Shown here piece by piece: positions 12,397-24,349 of a stretch of DNA of 64,000 nt. Source of the stretch: Eledone cirrhosa. Lineage: Eukaryota. The stretch spans positions 30,752,001 to 30,816,000 of the forward strand of contig OZ024762.1 of the NCBI GenBank assembly GCA_964016885.1. Direction: 5' to 3'. The translations under genes were made by a program, and so were the position numbers. A model generated the notes under the pieces. It made no database searches. It had not been told where the DNA came from and saw only the letters and a list, made by a program, of their open reading frames with translations. Position 1 is the stretch's first letter. Each line of letters starts with the position of its first letter.

Positions 12397-15300
12397 TCAT
12401 GGTATTAGCTGTCAGAAGTAACTCCAATGTTGGTGAGAATTCATTTAAGTTCATGGTATTAGCTGTCAGAAGTCACTCCACTGTTGGTGAGAACTCATTT
12501 AAGTTCATGGTACTAGCTGTCAGAAGTAACACCAATGTTGGTGAGAATTCATTTAAGTTCATGGTATTAGCTGTCAGAAGTCACTCCAATGTTGGTGAGA
12601 ATTCATTTAAGTTCATGGTATTAGCTGTCAGAAGTAACTCCACTGTTGGTGAGAATTCATTTAAGTTCATGGTATTAGCTGTCAGAAGTAACTCCACTGT
12701 TGGTGAGAATTCATTTAAGTTGATGGTATTAGCTGTCAGAAGTAACTCCACTGTTGGTGAGAATTCATTTAAGTTCATGGTATTAGCTGTCAGAAGGAAC
12801 TCCAATGTTGGTGAGAATTCATTTAAGTCATGGTACTAGCTGTCAGAAGTAACTCCACTGTTGGTGAGAATTAATTTAAGTTCATGGTATTAGCTGTCAG
12901 AAGGAACGCCACTGTTGGTGAGAATTCATTTAAGTTCATGGTATTAGCTGTCAGAAGTAACTCCACTGTTGGTGAGAATTCATTTAAGTTCATGGTACTA
13001 GCTGTCAGAAGTAACTCCAATGTTGGTGAGAATTCATTTAAGTTCATGGTATTAGCTGTCAGAAGGAACTCCACTGTTGCTGACAATTCATTTAAGTTCA
13101 TGGTATTAGCTGTCAGAAGTAACTCCACTGTTGGTGAGAATTCATTTAAGTTCATGGTACTAGCTGTCAGAAGTAACTCCACTGTTGGTGAGAATTCATT
13201 TAAGTTCATGGTATTAGCTGTCAGAAGTCACTCCAATGTTGGTGAGAATTCATTTAAGTTCATGGTATTAGCTGTCAGAAGTCACTCCACTGTTGGTGAG
13301 AATTCATTTAAGTTCATGGTACTAGCTGTCAGAAGTAACCCCAATGTTGGTGAGAATTCATTTAAGTTCATGGTATTAGCTGTCAGAAGTCACTCCAATG
13401 TTGGTGAGAATTCATTTAAGTTCATGGTATTAGCTGTCAGAAGTAACTCCACTGTTGGTGAGAATTCATTTAAGTTCATGGTATTAGTTTGTCAGAAGTA
13501 ACTCCACTGTTGGTGAGAATTCATTTAAGTCATGGTACTAGCTGTCAGAAGTAACTCCAATGTTGGTGAGAATTCATTTAAGTCATGGTATTAGCTGTCA
13601 GAAGTAACTCCAATGTTGGTGAGAATTCATTTAAGTTCATGGTATTAGCTGTCAGAAGTAACTCCACTGTTGGTGAGAATTCATTTAAGTTCATGGTATT
13701 AGCTGTCAGAAGTAACTCCACTGTTGGTGAGAATTCATTTAAGTTGATGGTACTAGCTGTCAGAAGTAACTCCACTGTTGGTGAGAATTCATTTAAGTTC
13801 ATGGTATTAGTTTGTCAGGAGTAACTCCACTGTTGGTGAGAATTCATTTAAGTCATGGTATTAGTTGTCAGAAGTAACTCCAATGTTGGTGAGAATTCAT
13901 TTAAGTTCATGGTATTAGCTGTCAGAAGGAACTCCACTGTTGGTGAGAATTCATTTAAGTTCATGGTATTAGCTGTCAGAAGGAACTCCAATGTTGGTGA
14001 GAATTCATTTAAGTCATGGTACTAGCTGTCAGAAGTAACTCCACTGTTGGTGAGAATTCATTTAAGTTCATGGTATTAGCTGTCAGAAGGAACGCCACTG
14101 TTGGTGAGAATTCATTTAAGTTCATGGTATTAGCTGTCAGAAGTAACTCCACTGTTGGTGAGAATTCATTTAAGTTCATGGTACTAGCTGTCAGAAGTAA
14201 CTCCAATGTTGGTGAGAATTCATTTAAGTTCATGGTATTAGCTGTCAGAAGCAACTCCACTGTGGGTGAGAATTCATTTAAGTTCATGGTATTAGCTGTC
14301 AGAAGTAACTCCACTGTTGGTTAGAATTCATTTAAGTTCATGGTATTAGTTTGTCAGAAGTAACTCCACTGTTGGTGAGAATTCATTTAAGTCATGGTAT
14401 TAGTTGTCAGAAGTAACTCCAATGTTGGTGAGAATTCATTTAAGTTCATGGTACTAGCTGTCAGAAGTAACTCCATTGTTGTTGAGAATTCATTGAAGTT
14501 CATGGTACTAGCTGTCAGAAGGAACTCCACTGTTGGTGAGAATTCATTTAAGTTCATGGTACTAGCTGTCAGAAGTAACTCCATTGTTGTTGAGAATTCA
14601 TTGAAGTTCATGGTACTAGCTGTCAGAAGGAACTCCACTGTTGGTGAGAATTCATTTAAGTTCATGGTATTAGCTGTCAGAAGTAACTCCACTGTTGGTG
14701 AGAATTCATTTAAGTTCATGGTACTAGCTGTCAGAAGTAACTCCAATGTTAGTGAGAATTCATTTAAGTTCATGGTATTAGCTGTCAGAAGTAACTCCAC
14801 TGTTGGTGAGAATTCATTTAAGTCATGGTATTAGCTGTCAGAAGTAACTCCAATGTTGGTGAGAATTCATTTAAGTTCATGGTATTAGCTGTCAGAAGTA
14901 ACTCCACTGTTGGTGAGCATTCATTTATGTTCATGGTATTAGCTGTCAGAAGTAACTCCACTGTTGGTGAGAATTCATTTAAGTTCATGGTATTAGTTTT
15001 GTCAGAAGTAACTCCAATGTTGGTGAGAATTCATTTAAGTCATGGTATTAGTTGTCAGAAGTAACTCCACTGTTGGTGAGAATTCATTTAAGTTCATGGT
15101 ACTAGCTGCCAGAAGTAACTCCACTGTTGGTGAGAATTCATTTAAGTTCATGGTACTAGCTGTCAGAAGTAACTCCACTGTTTGTGAGAATTCATTTAAG
15201 TTCATGGTACTAGCTGTCATAAGTAACTCCACTGTTGGTGAGAATTCATTTAAGTTCATGGTATTAGCTGTCAGAAGTCACTCCACTGTTGGTGAGAATT

Positions 15301-18300
15301 CATTTAAGTTCATGGTATTAGCTGTCAGAAGTCACTCCACTGTTGGTGAGAATTCATTTAAGTTCATGGTACTAGCTGTCAGAAGTAACCCCAATGTTGG
15401 TGAGAATTCATTTAAGTTCATGGTATTAGCTGTCAGAAGTCACTCCAATGTTGGTGAGAATTCATTTAAGTTCATGGTATTAGCTGTCAGAAGTAACTCC
15501 ACTGTTGGTGAGAATTCATTTAAGTTCATGGTATTAGCTGTCAGAAGTAACTCCACTGTTGGTGAGAATTCATTTAAGTTCATGGTATTAGCTGTCAGAA
15601 GTAACTCCACTGTTGGTGAGAATTCATTTAAGTTCATGGTATTAGCTGTCAGAAGGAACTCCAATGTTGGTGAGAAATCATTTAAGTCATGGTACTAGCT
15701 GTCAGAAGTAACTCCACTGTTGGTGAGAATTCATTTAAGTTCATGGTATTAGCTGTCAGAAGGAACGCCACTGTTGGTGAGAATTCATTTAAGTTCATGG
15801 TATTAGCTGTCAGAAGTAACTCCACTGTTGGTGAGAATTCATTTAAGTTCATGGTACTAGCTGTCAGAAGTAACTCCAATGTTGGTGAGAATTCATTTAA
15901 GTTCATGGTATTAGCTGTCAGAAGGAACTCCACTGTTGGTGAGAATTCATTTAAGTTCATGGTATTAGCTGTCAGAAGTAACTCCACTGTTGGTGAAAAT
16001 TCATTTAAGTTCATGGTACTAGTTGTCAGAAGTAACTCCACTGTTGGTGAGAATTCATTTAAGTTCATGGTATTAGTTGTCAGAAGTAACTCCACTGTTG
16101 GTGAGAATCCATTAAGTCATGGTATTAGTTGTCAGAAGTAACTCCAATGTTGGTGAGAATTCATTTAAGTTCATGGTACTAGCTGTCAGAAGTAACTCCA
16201 CTGTTGGTGAGAATTCATTTAAGTTCAAGGTATTAGCTGTCAGAAGTAACTCCACTGTTGGTGATAATTCATTTAAGTCATGGTATTAGCTGTCAGAAGT
16301 AACTCCACTGTTGGTGAGAATTCATTTAAGTCATGGTACTAGCTGTCAGAAGTAACTCCACTGTTGGTGAGAATTCATTTAAGTTCATGGTATTAGCTGT
16401 CAGAAGGAACTCCACTGTTGGTGAGAATTCATTTAAGTTCATGGTACTAGCTGTCAGAAGTAACTCCACTGTTGGTGAGAATTCATTTAAGTTCATGGTA
16501 TTAGTTTGTCAGAAGTAACTCCACTGTTGGTGAGAATTCATTTAAGTCATGGTATTAGTTGTCAGAAGTAACTCCAATGTTGGTGAGAATTCATTTAAGT
16601 TCATGGTACTAGCTGTCAGAAGTAACTCCACTGTTGGTGAGAATTCATTTAAGTTCATGGTACTAGCTGTCAGAAGTAACTCCACTGTTGGTGAGAATTC
16701 ATTTAAGTCATGGTATTAGCTGTCAGAAGTAACTCCAATGTTGGTGAGAATTCATTTAAGTTCATGGTATTAGCTGTCAGAAGTAACTCCACTGTTGGTG
16801 AGAATTCATTTAAGTTCATGGTATTAGCTGTCAGAAGTAACTCCACTGTTGGTGAGAATTCATTTAAGTCATGGTATTAGTTGTCAGAAGTAACTCCAAT
16901 GTTGGTGAGAATTCATTTAGGTTCATGGTACTAGCTGTCAGAAGTAACTCCAATGTTGGTGAGAATTCATTTAAGTCATGGTACTAGCTGTCAGAAGTAA
17001 CTCCAATGTTGGTGAGAATTCATTTAAGTCATGGTATTAGCTGTCAGAAGTAACTCCAATGTTGGTGAGAATTCATTTAAGTTCATGGTACTAGCTGTCA
17101 GAAGTAACTCCACTGTTGGTGAGAATTCATTTAAGTTCATGGTATTAGTTTGTCAGAAGTAACTCCACTGTTGGTGAGAATTCATTTAAGTCATGGTATT
17201 AGTTGTCAGAAGTAACTCCAATGTTGGTGAGAATTCATTTAGGTTCATGGTACTAGCTGTCAGAAGTAACTCCAATGTTGGTGAGAATTCATTTAAGTCA
17301 TGGTACTAGCTGTCAGAAGTAACTCCAATGTTGGTGAGAATTCATTTAAGTACATGGTATTAGCTATCAGAAGTAACTCCACTGTTGGTGAGAATTCATT
17401 TAAGTTCATGGTATTAGCTGTCAGAAGTAACTCCACTGTTGGTGAGAATTCATTTAAGTCATGGTATTAGCTGTCAGAAGTAACTCCAATGTTGGTGAGA
17501 ATTCATTTAAGTTCATGGTATTAGCTGTCAGAAGTCACTCCACTGTTGGTGAGAACTCATTTAAGTTCATGGTACTAGCTGTCAGAAGTAACACCAATGT
17601 TGGTGAGAATTCATTTAAGTTCATGGTATTAGCTGTCAGAAGTCACTCCAATGTTGGTGAGAATTCATTTAAGTTCATGGTATTAGCTGTCAGAAGTAAC
17701 TCCACTGTTGGTGAGAATTCATTTAAGTTCATGGTATTAGCTGTCAGAAGTAACTCCACTGTTGGTGAGAATTCATTTAAGTTGATGGTATTAGCTGTCA
17801 GAAGTAACTCCACTGTTGGTGAGAATTCATTTAAGTTCATGGTATTAGCTGTCAGAAGGAACTCCAATGTTGGTGAGAATTCATTTAAGTCATGGTACTA
17901 GCTGTCAGAAGTAACTCCACTGTTGGTGAGAATTAATTTAAGTTCATGGTATTAGCTGTCAGAAGGAACGCCACTGTTGGTGAGAATTCATTTAAGTTCA
18001 TGGTATTAGCTGTCAGAAGTAACTCCACTGTTGGTGAGAATTCATTTAAGTTCATGGTACTAGCTGTCAGAAGTAACTCCAATGTTGGTGAGAATTCATT
18101 TAAGTTCATGGTATTAGCTGTCAGAAGGAACTCCACTGTTGCTGACAATTCATTTAAGTTCATGGTATTAGCTGTCAGAAGTAACTCCACTGTTGGTGAG
18201 AATTCATTTAAGTTCATGGTACTAGCTGTCAGAAGTAACTCCACTGTTGGTGAGAATTCATTTAAGTTCATGGTATTAGCTGTCAGAAGTCACTCCAATG

Positions 18301-21300
18301 TTGGTGAGAATTCATTTAAGTTCATGGTATTAGCTGTCAGAAGTCACTCCACTGTTGGTGAGAATTCATTTAAGTTCATGGTACTAGCTGTCAGAAGTAA
18401 CCCCAATGTTGGTGAGAATTCATTTAAGTTCATGGTATTAGCTGTCAGAAGTCACTCCAATGTTGGTGAGAATTCATTTAAGTTCATGGTATTAGCTGTC
18501 AGAAGTAACTCCACTGTTGGTGAGAATTCATTTAAGTTCATGGTATTAGTTTGTCAGAAGTAACTCCACTGTTGGTGAGAATTCATTTAAGTCATGGTAC
18601 TAGCTGTCAGAAGTAACTCCAATGTTGGTGAGAATTCATTTAAGTCATGGTATTAGCTGTCAGAAGTAACTCCAATGTTGGTGAGAATTCATTTAAGTTC
18701 ATGGTATTAGCTGTCAGAAGTAACTCCACTGTTGGTGAGAATTCATTTAAGTTCATGGTATTAGCTGTCAGAAGTAACTCCACTGTTGGTGAGAATTCAT
18801 TTAAGTTGATGGTACTAGCTGTCAGAAGTAACTCCACTGTTGGTGAGAATTCATTTAAGTTCATGGTATTAGTTTGTCAGAAGTAACTCCACTGTTGGTG
18901 AGAATTCATTTAAGTCATGGTATTAGTTGTCAGAAGTAACTCCAATGTTGGTGAGAATTCATTTAAGTTCATGGTATTAGCTGTCAGAAGGAACTCCACT
19001 GTTGGTGAGAATTCATTTAAGTTCATGGTATTAGCTGTCAGAAGGAACTCCAATGTTGGTGAGAATTCATTTAAGTCATGGTACTAGCTGTCAGAAGTAA
19101 CTCCACTGTTGGTGAGAATTCATTTAAGTTCATGGTATTAGCTGTCAGAAGGAACGCCACTGTTGGTGAGAATTCATTTAAGTTCATGGTATTAGCTGTC
19201 AGAAGTAACTCCACTGTTGGTGAGAATTCATTTAAGTTCATGGTACTAGCTGTCAGAAGTAACTCCAATGTTGGTGAGAATTCATTTAAGTTCATGGTAT
19301 TAGCTGTCAGAAGCAACTCCACTGTTGGTGAGAATTCATTTAAGTTCATGGTATTAGCTGTCAGAAGTAACTCCACTGTTGGTTAGAATTCATTTAAGTT
19401 CATGGTATTAGTTTGTCAGAAGTAACTCCACTGTTGGTGAGAATTCATTTAAGTCATGGTATTAGTTGTCAGAAGTAACTCCAATGTTGGTTAGAATTCA
19501 TTTAAGTTCATGGTACTAGCTGTCAGAAGTAACTCCATTGTTGTTGAGAATTCATTGAAGTTCATGGTACTAGCTGTCAGAAGGAACTCCACTGTTGGTG
19601 AGAATTCATTTAAGTTCATGGTACTAGCTGTCAGAAGTAACTCCATTGTTGTTGAGAATTCATTGAAGTTCATGGTACTAGCTGTCAGAAGGAACTCCAC
19701 TGTTGGTGAGAATTCATTTAAGTTCATGGTATTAGCTGTCAGAAGTAACTCCACTGTTGGTGAGAATTCATTTAAGTTCATGGTACTAGCTGTCAGAAGT
19801 AACGCCAATGTTAGTGAGAATTCATTTAAGTTCATGGTATTAGCTGTCAGAAGTAACTCCACTGTTGGTGAGAATTCATTTAAGTCATGGTATTAGCTGT
19901 CAGAAGTAACTCCAATGTTGGTGAGAATTCATTTAAGTTCATGGTATTAGCTGTCAGAAGTAACTCCACTGTTGGTGAGCATTCATTTATGTTCATGGTA
20001 TTAGCTGTCAGAAGTAACTCCACTGTTGGTGAGAATTCATTTAAGTTCATGGTATTAGTTTTGTCAGAAGTAACTCCACTGTTGGTGAGAATTCATTTAA
20101 GTCATGGTATTAGTTGTCAGAAGTAACTCCACTGTTGGTGAGAATTCATTTAAGTTCATGGTACTAGCTGCCAGAAGTAACTCCACTGTTGGTGAGAATT
20201 CATTTAAGTTCATGGTACTAGCTGTCAGAAGTAACTCCACTGTTTGTGAGAATTCATTTAAGTTCATGGTACTAGCTGTCATAAGTAACTCCACTGTTGG
20301 TGAGAATTCATTTAAGTTCATGGTATTAGCTGTCAGAAGTCACTCCACTGTTGGTGAGAATTCATTTAAGTTCATGGTATTAGCTGTCAGAAGTCACTCC
20401 ACTGTTGGTGAGAATTCATTTAAGTTCATGGTACTAGCTGTCAGAAGTAACCCCAATGTTGGTGAGAATTCATTTAAGTTCATGGTATTAGCTGTCAGAA
20501 GTCACTCCAATGTTGGTGAGAATTCATTTAAGTTCATGGTATTAGCTGTCAGAAGTAACTCCACTGTTGGTGAGAATTCATTTAAGTTCATGGTATTAGC
20601 TGTCAGAAGTAACTCCACTGTTGGTGAGAATTCATTTAAGTTCATGGTATTAGCTGTCAGAAGTAACTCCACTGTTGGTGAGAATTCATTTAAGTTCATG
20701 GTATTAGCTGTCAGAAGGAACTCCAATGTTGGTGAGAAATCATTTAAGTCATGGTACTAGCTGTCAGAAGTAACTCCACTGTTGGTGAGAATTCATTTAA
20801 GTTCATGGTATTAGCTGTCAGAAGGAACGCCACTGTTGGTGAGAATTCATTTAAGTTCATGGTATTAGCTGTCAGAAGTAACTCCACTGTTGGTGAGAAT
20901 TCATTTAAGTTCATGGTACTAGCTGTCAGAAGTAACTCCAATGTTGGTGAGAATTCATTTAAGTTCATGGTATTAGCTGTCAGAAGGAACTCCACTGTTG
21001 GTGAGAATTCATTTAAGTTCATGGTATTAGCTGTCAGAAGTAACTCCACTGTTGGTGAAAATTCATTTAAGTTCATGGTACTAGTTGTCAGAAGTAACTC
21101 CACTGTTGGTGAGAATTCATTTAAGTTCATGGTATTAGTTGTCAGAAGTAACTCCACTGTTGGTGAGAATTCATTAAGTCATGGTATTAGTTGTCAGAAG
21201 TAACTCCAATGTTGGTGAGAATTCATTTAAGTTCATGGTACTAGCTGTCAGAAGTAACTCCACTGTTGGTGAGAATTCATTTAAGTTCATGGTATTAGCT

Positions 21301-21322
21301 GTCAGAAGTAACTCCACTGTTG
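12000..21322 (+). repeat. Near-tandem duplication of a ~4.3-kb block, period 5062 bp (94 monomers): ~12000-16260 and ~17062-21322
   Basis: ORF pairs 12399/17461, 12884/17946, 13585/18647, 14016/19078, 14825/19887, 15042/20104 and 15689/20751 are offset by 5062. Shared markers: gagaactc, aacaccaat, gctgacaatt, tagttttgtc (56-bp unit). Confidence 0.93.
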
Positions 21323-24300
21323 GTGAAAATTCATTTAAGTTCATGGTACTAGTTGTCAGAAGTAACTCCACTGTTGGTGAGAATTCATTTAAGTCATGGT
21401 ATTAGTTGTCAGAAGTAACTCCAATGTTGGTGAGAATTCATTTAAGTTCATGGTACTAGCTGTCAGAAGTAACTCCACTGTTGGTGAGAATTCATTTAAG
21501 TTCATGGTACTAGCTGCCAGAAGTAACTCCACTGTTGGTGAGAATTCATTTAAGTTCATGGTACTAGCTGTCAGAAGTAACTCCACTGTTTGTGAGAATT
21601 CATTTAAGTTCATGGTACTAGCTGTCATAAGTAACTCCACTGTTGGTGGGAATTCATTTAAGTTCATGGTATTAGCTGTCAGAAGTCACTCCACTGTTGG
21701 TGATAATTCATTTAAGTTCATGGTATTAGCTGTCAGAAGTCACTCCACTGTTGGTGAGAATTCATTTAAATTCATGGTACTAGCTGTCAGAAGTAACCCC
21801 AATGTTGTTGAGAATTCATTTAAGTTCATGGTATTAGCTGTCAGAAGTCACTCCAATGTTGGTGAGAATTCATTTAAGTTCATGGTATTAGCTGTCAGAA
21901 GTAACTCCACTGTTGGTGAGAATTCATTTAAGTTCATGGTATTAGCTGTCAGAAGTCACTCCAATGTTGGTGAGAATTCATTTAAGTTCATGGTATTAGC
22001 TGTCAGAAGTAACTCCACTGTTGGTGAGAATTCATTTAAGTTCATGGTATTAGCTGTCAGAAGTAACTCCACTGTTGGTGAGAATTCATTTAAGTTCATG
22101 GTATTAGCTGTCAGAAGTAACTCCACTGTTGGTGAGAATTCATTTAAGTTCATGGTATTAGCTGTCAGAAGGAACTCCAATGTTGGTGAGAAATCATTTA
22201 AGTCATGGTACTAGCTGTCAGAAGTAACTCCACTGTTGGTGAGAATTCATTTAAGTTCATGGTATTAGCTGTCAGAAGGAACGCCACTGTTGGTGAGAAT
22301 TCATTTAAGTTCATGGTATCAGCTGTCAGAAGTAACTCCACTGTTGGTGAGAATTCATTTAAGTTCATGGTACTAGCTGTCAGAAGTAACTCCAATGTTG
22401 GTGAGAATTCATTTAAGTTCATGGTATTAGCTGTCAGAAGTAACTCCACTGTTGGTGAACATTCATTTAAGTTCATGGTACTAGTTGTCAGAAGTAACTC
22501 CACTGTTGGTGAGAATTCATTTAAGTTCATGGTATTAGTTGTCAGAAGTAACTCCACTGTTGCTGAGAATTCATTAAGTCATGGTATTAGTTGTCAGAAG
22601 TAACTCCAATGTTGGTGAGAATTCATTTAAGTTCATGGTACTAGCTGTCAGAAGTAACTCCACTGTTGGTGAGAATTCATTTAAGTTCATGGTATTAGCT
22701 GTCAGATGTAACTCCACTGTTGGTGATAATTCATTTAAGTCATGGTATTAGCTGTCAGAAGTAACTCCATTGTTGGTGAGAATTCATTTAAGTCATGGTA
22801 CTAGCTGTCAGAAGTAACTCCACTGTTGGTGAGAATTCATTTAAGTTCATGGTATTAGCTGTCAGAAGGAACTCCACTGTTGGTGAGAATTCATTTAAGT
22901 TCATGGTATTAGCTGTCAGATGTAACTCCACTGTTGGTGATAATTCATTTAAGTCATGGTATTAGCTGTCAGAAGTAACTCCATTGTTGGTGAGAATTCA
23001 TTTAAGTCATGGTACTAGCTGTCAGAAGTAACTCCACTGTTGGTGAGAATTCATTTAAGTTCATGGTATTAGCTGTCAGAAGGAACTCCACTGTTGGTGA
23101 GAATTCATTTAAGTTCATGGTACTAGCTGTCAGAAGTAACTCCACTGTTGGTGAGAATTCATTTAAGTTCATGGTATTAGTTTGTCAGAAGTAACTCCAC
23201 TGTTGGTGAGAATTCATTTAAGTCATGGTATTAGTTGTCAGAAGTAACTCCAATGTTGGTGAGAATTCATTTAAGTTCATGGTATTAGCAGTCAGAAGTC
23301 ACTCCACTGTTGGTGAGAATTCATTTAAGTTCATGGTACTAGCTGTCAGAAATAACCCCAATGTTGGTGAGAATTCATTTAAATTCATGGTATTAGCTGT
23401 CAGAAGTCACTCCAATGTTGGTGAGAATTCATTTAAGTTCATGGTATTAGCTGTCAGAAGTAACTCCACTGTTGGTGAGAATTCATTTAAGTTCATGGTA
23501 TTAGTTTGTCAGAAGTAACTCCAATGTTGGTGAGAATTCATTTAAGTTCATGGTACTAGCTGTCAGAAGTAACTCCAATGTTGGTGAGAATTCATTTACG
23601 TTCATGGTATTAGCTGTCAGAAGGAACTCCACTGTTGGTGAGAATTCATTTAAGTTCATGGTATTAGCTGTCAGAAGTAACTCCACTGTTGGTGAGAATT
23701 CATTTAATTCATGGTATTAGCTGTCAGAAGTAACTCCATTGTTGGTGAGAATTCATTTAAGTCATGGTACTAGCTGTCAGAAGTAACTCCAATGTTGGTG
23801 AGAATTCATTTAAGTCATGGTACTAGCTGTCAGAAGTAACTCCAATGTTGGTGAGAATTCATTTAAGTTCATGGTATTAGCTGTCAGAAGGAACTCCACT
23901 GTTGGTGAGAATTCATTTAAGTTCATGGTATTAGCTGTCAGAAGTAACTCCACTGTTGGTGAGAATTCATTTAAGTTCATGGTATTAGCAGTCAGAAGTA
24001 ACTCCACTGTTGGTGAGAATTCATTTAAGTTCATGGTACTAGCTGTCAGAAGTAACTCCACTGTTGGTGAGAATTCATTTAAGTCATGGTATTAGCTGTC
24101 AGAAGTAACTCCAATGTTGGTGAGAATTCATTTAAGTTCATGGTATTAGCTGTCAGAAGTAACTCCACTGTTGGTGAGAATTCATTTAAGTTCATGGTAT
24201 TAGCTGTCAGAAGTAACTCCACTGTTGGTGAGAATTCATTTAAGTTCATGGTACTAGCTGTCAGAAGTAACTCCACTGTTGGTGAGAATTCATTTAAGTT

Positions 24301-24349
24301 CATGGTATTAGTTTGTCAGAAGTAACTCCACTGTTGGTGAGAATTCATT

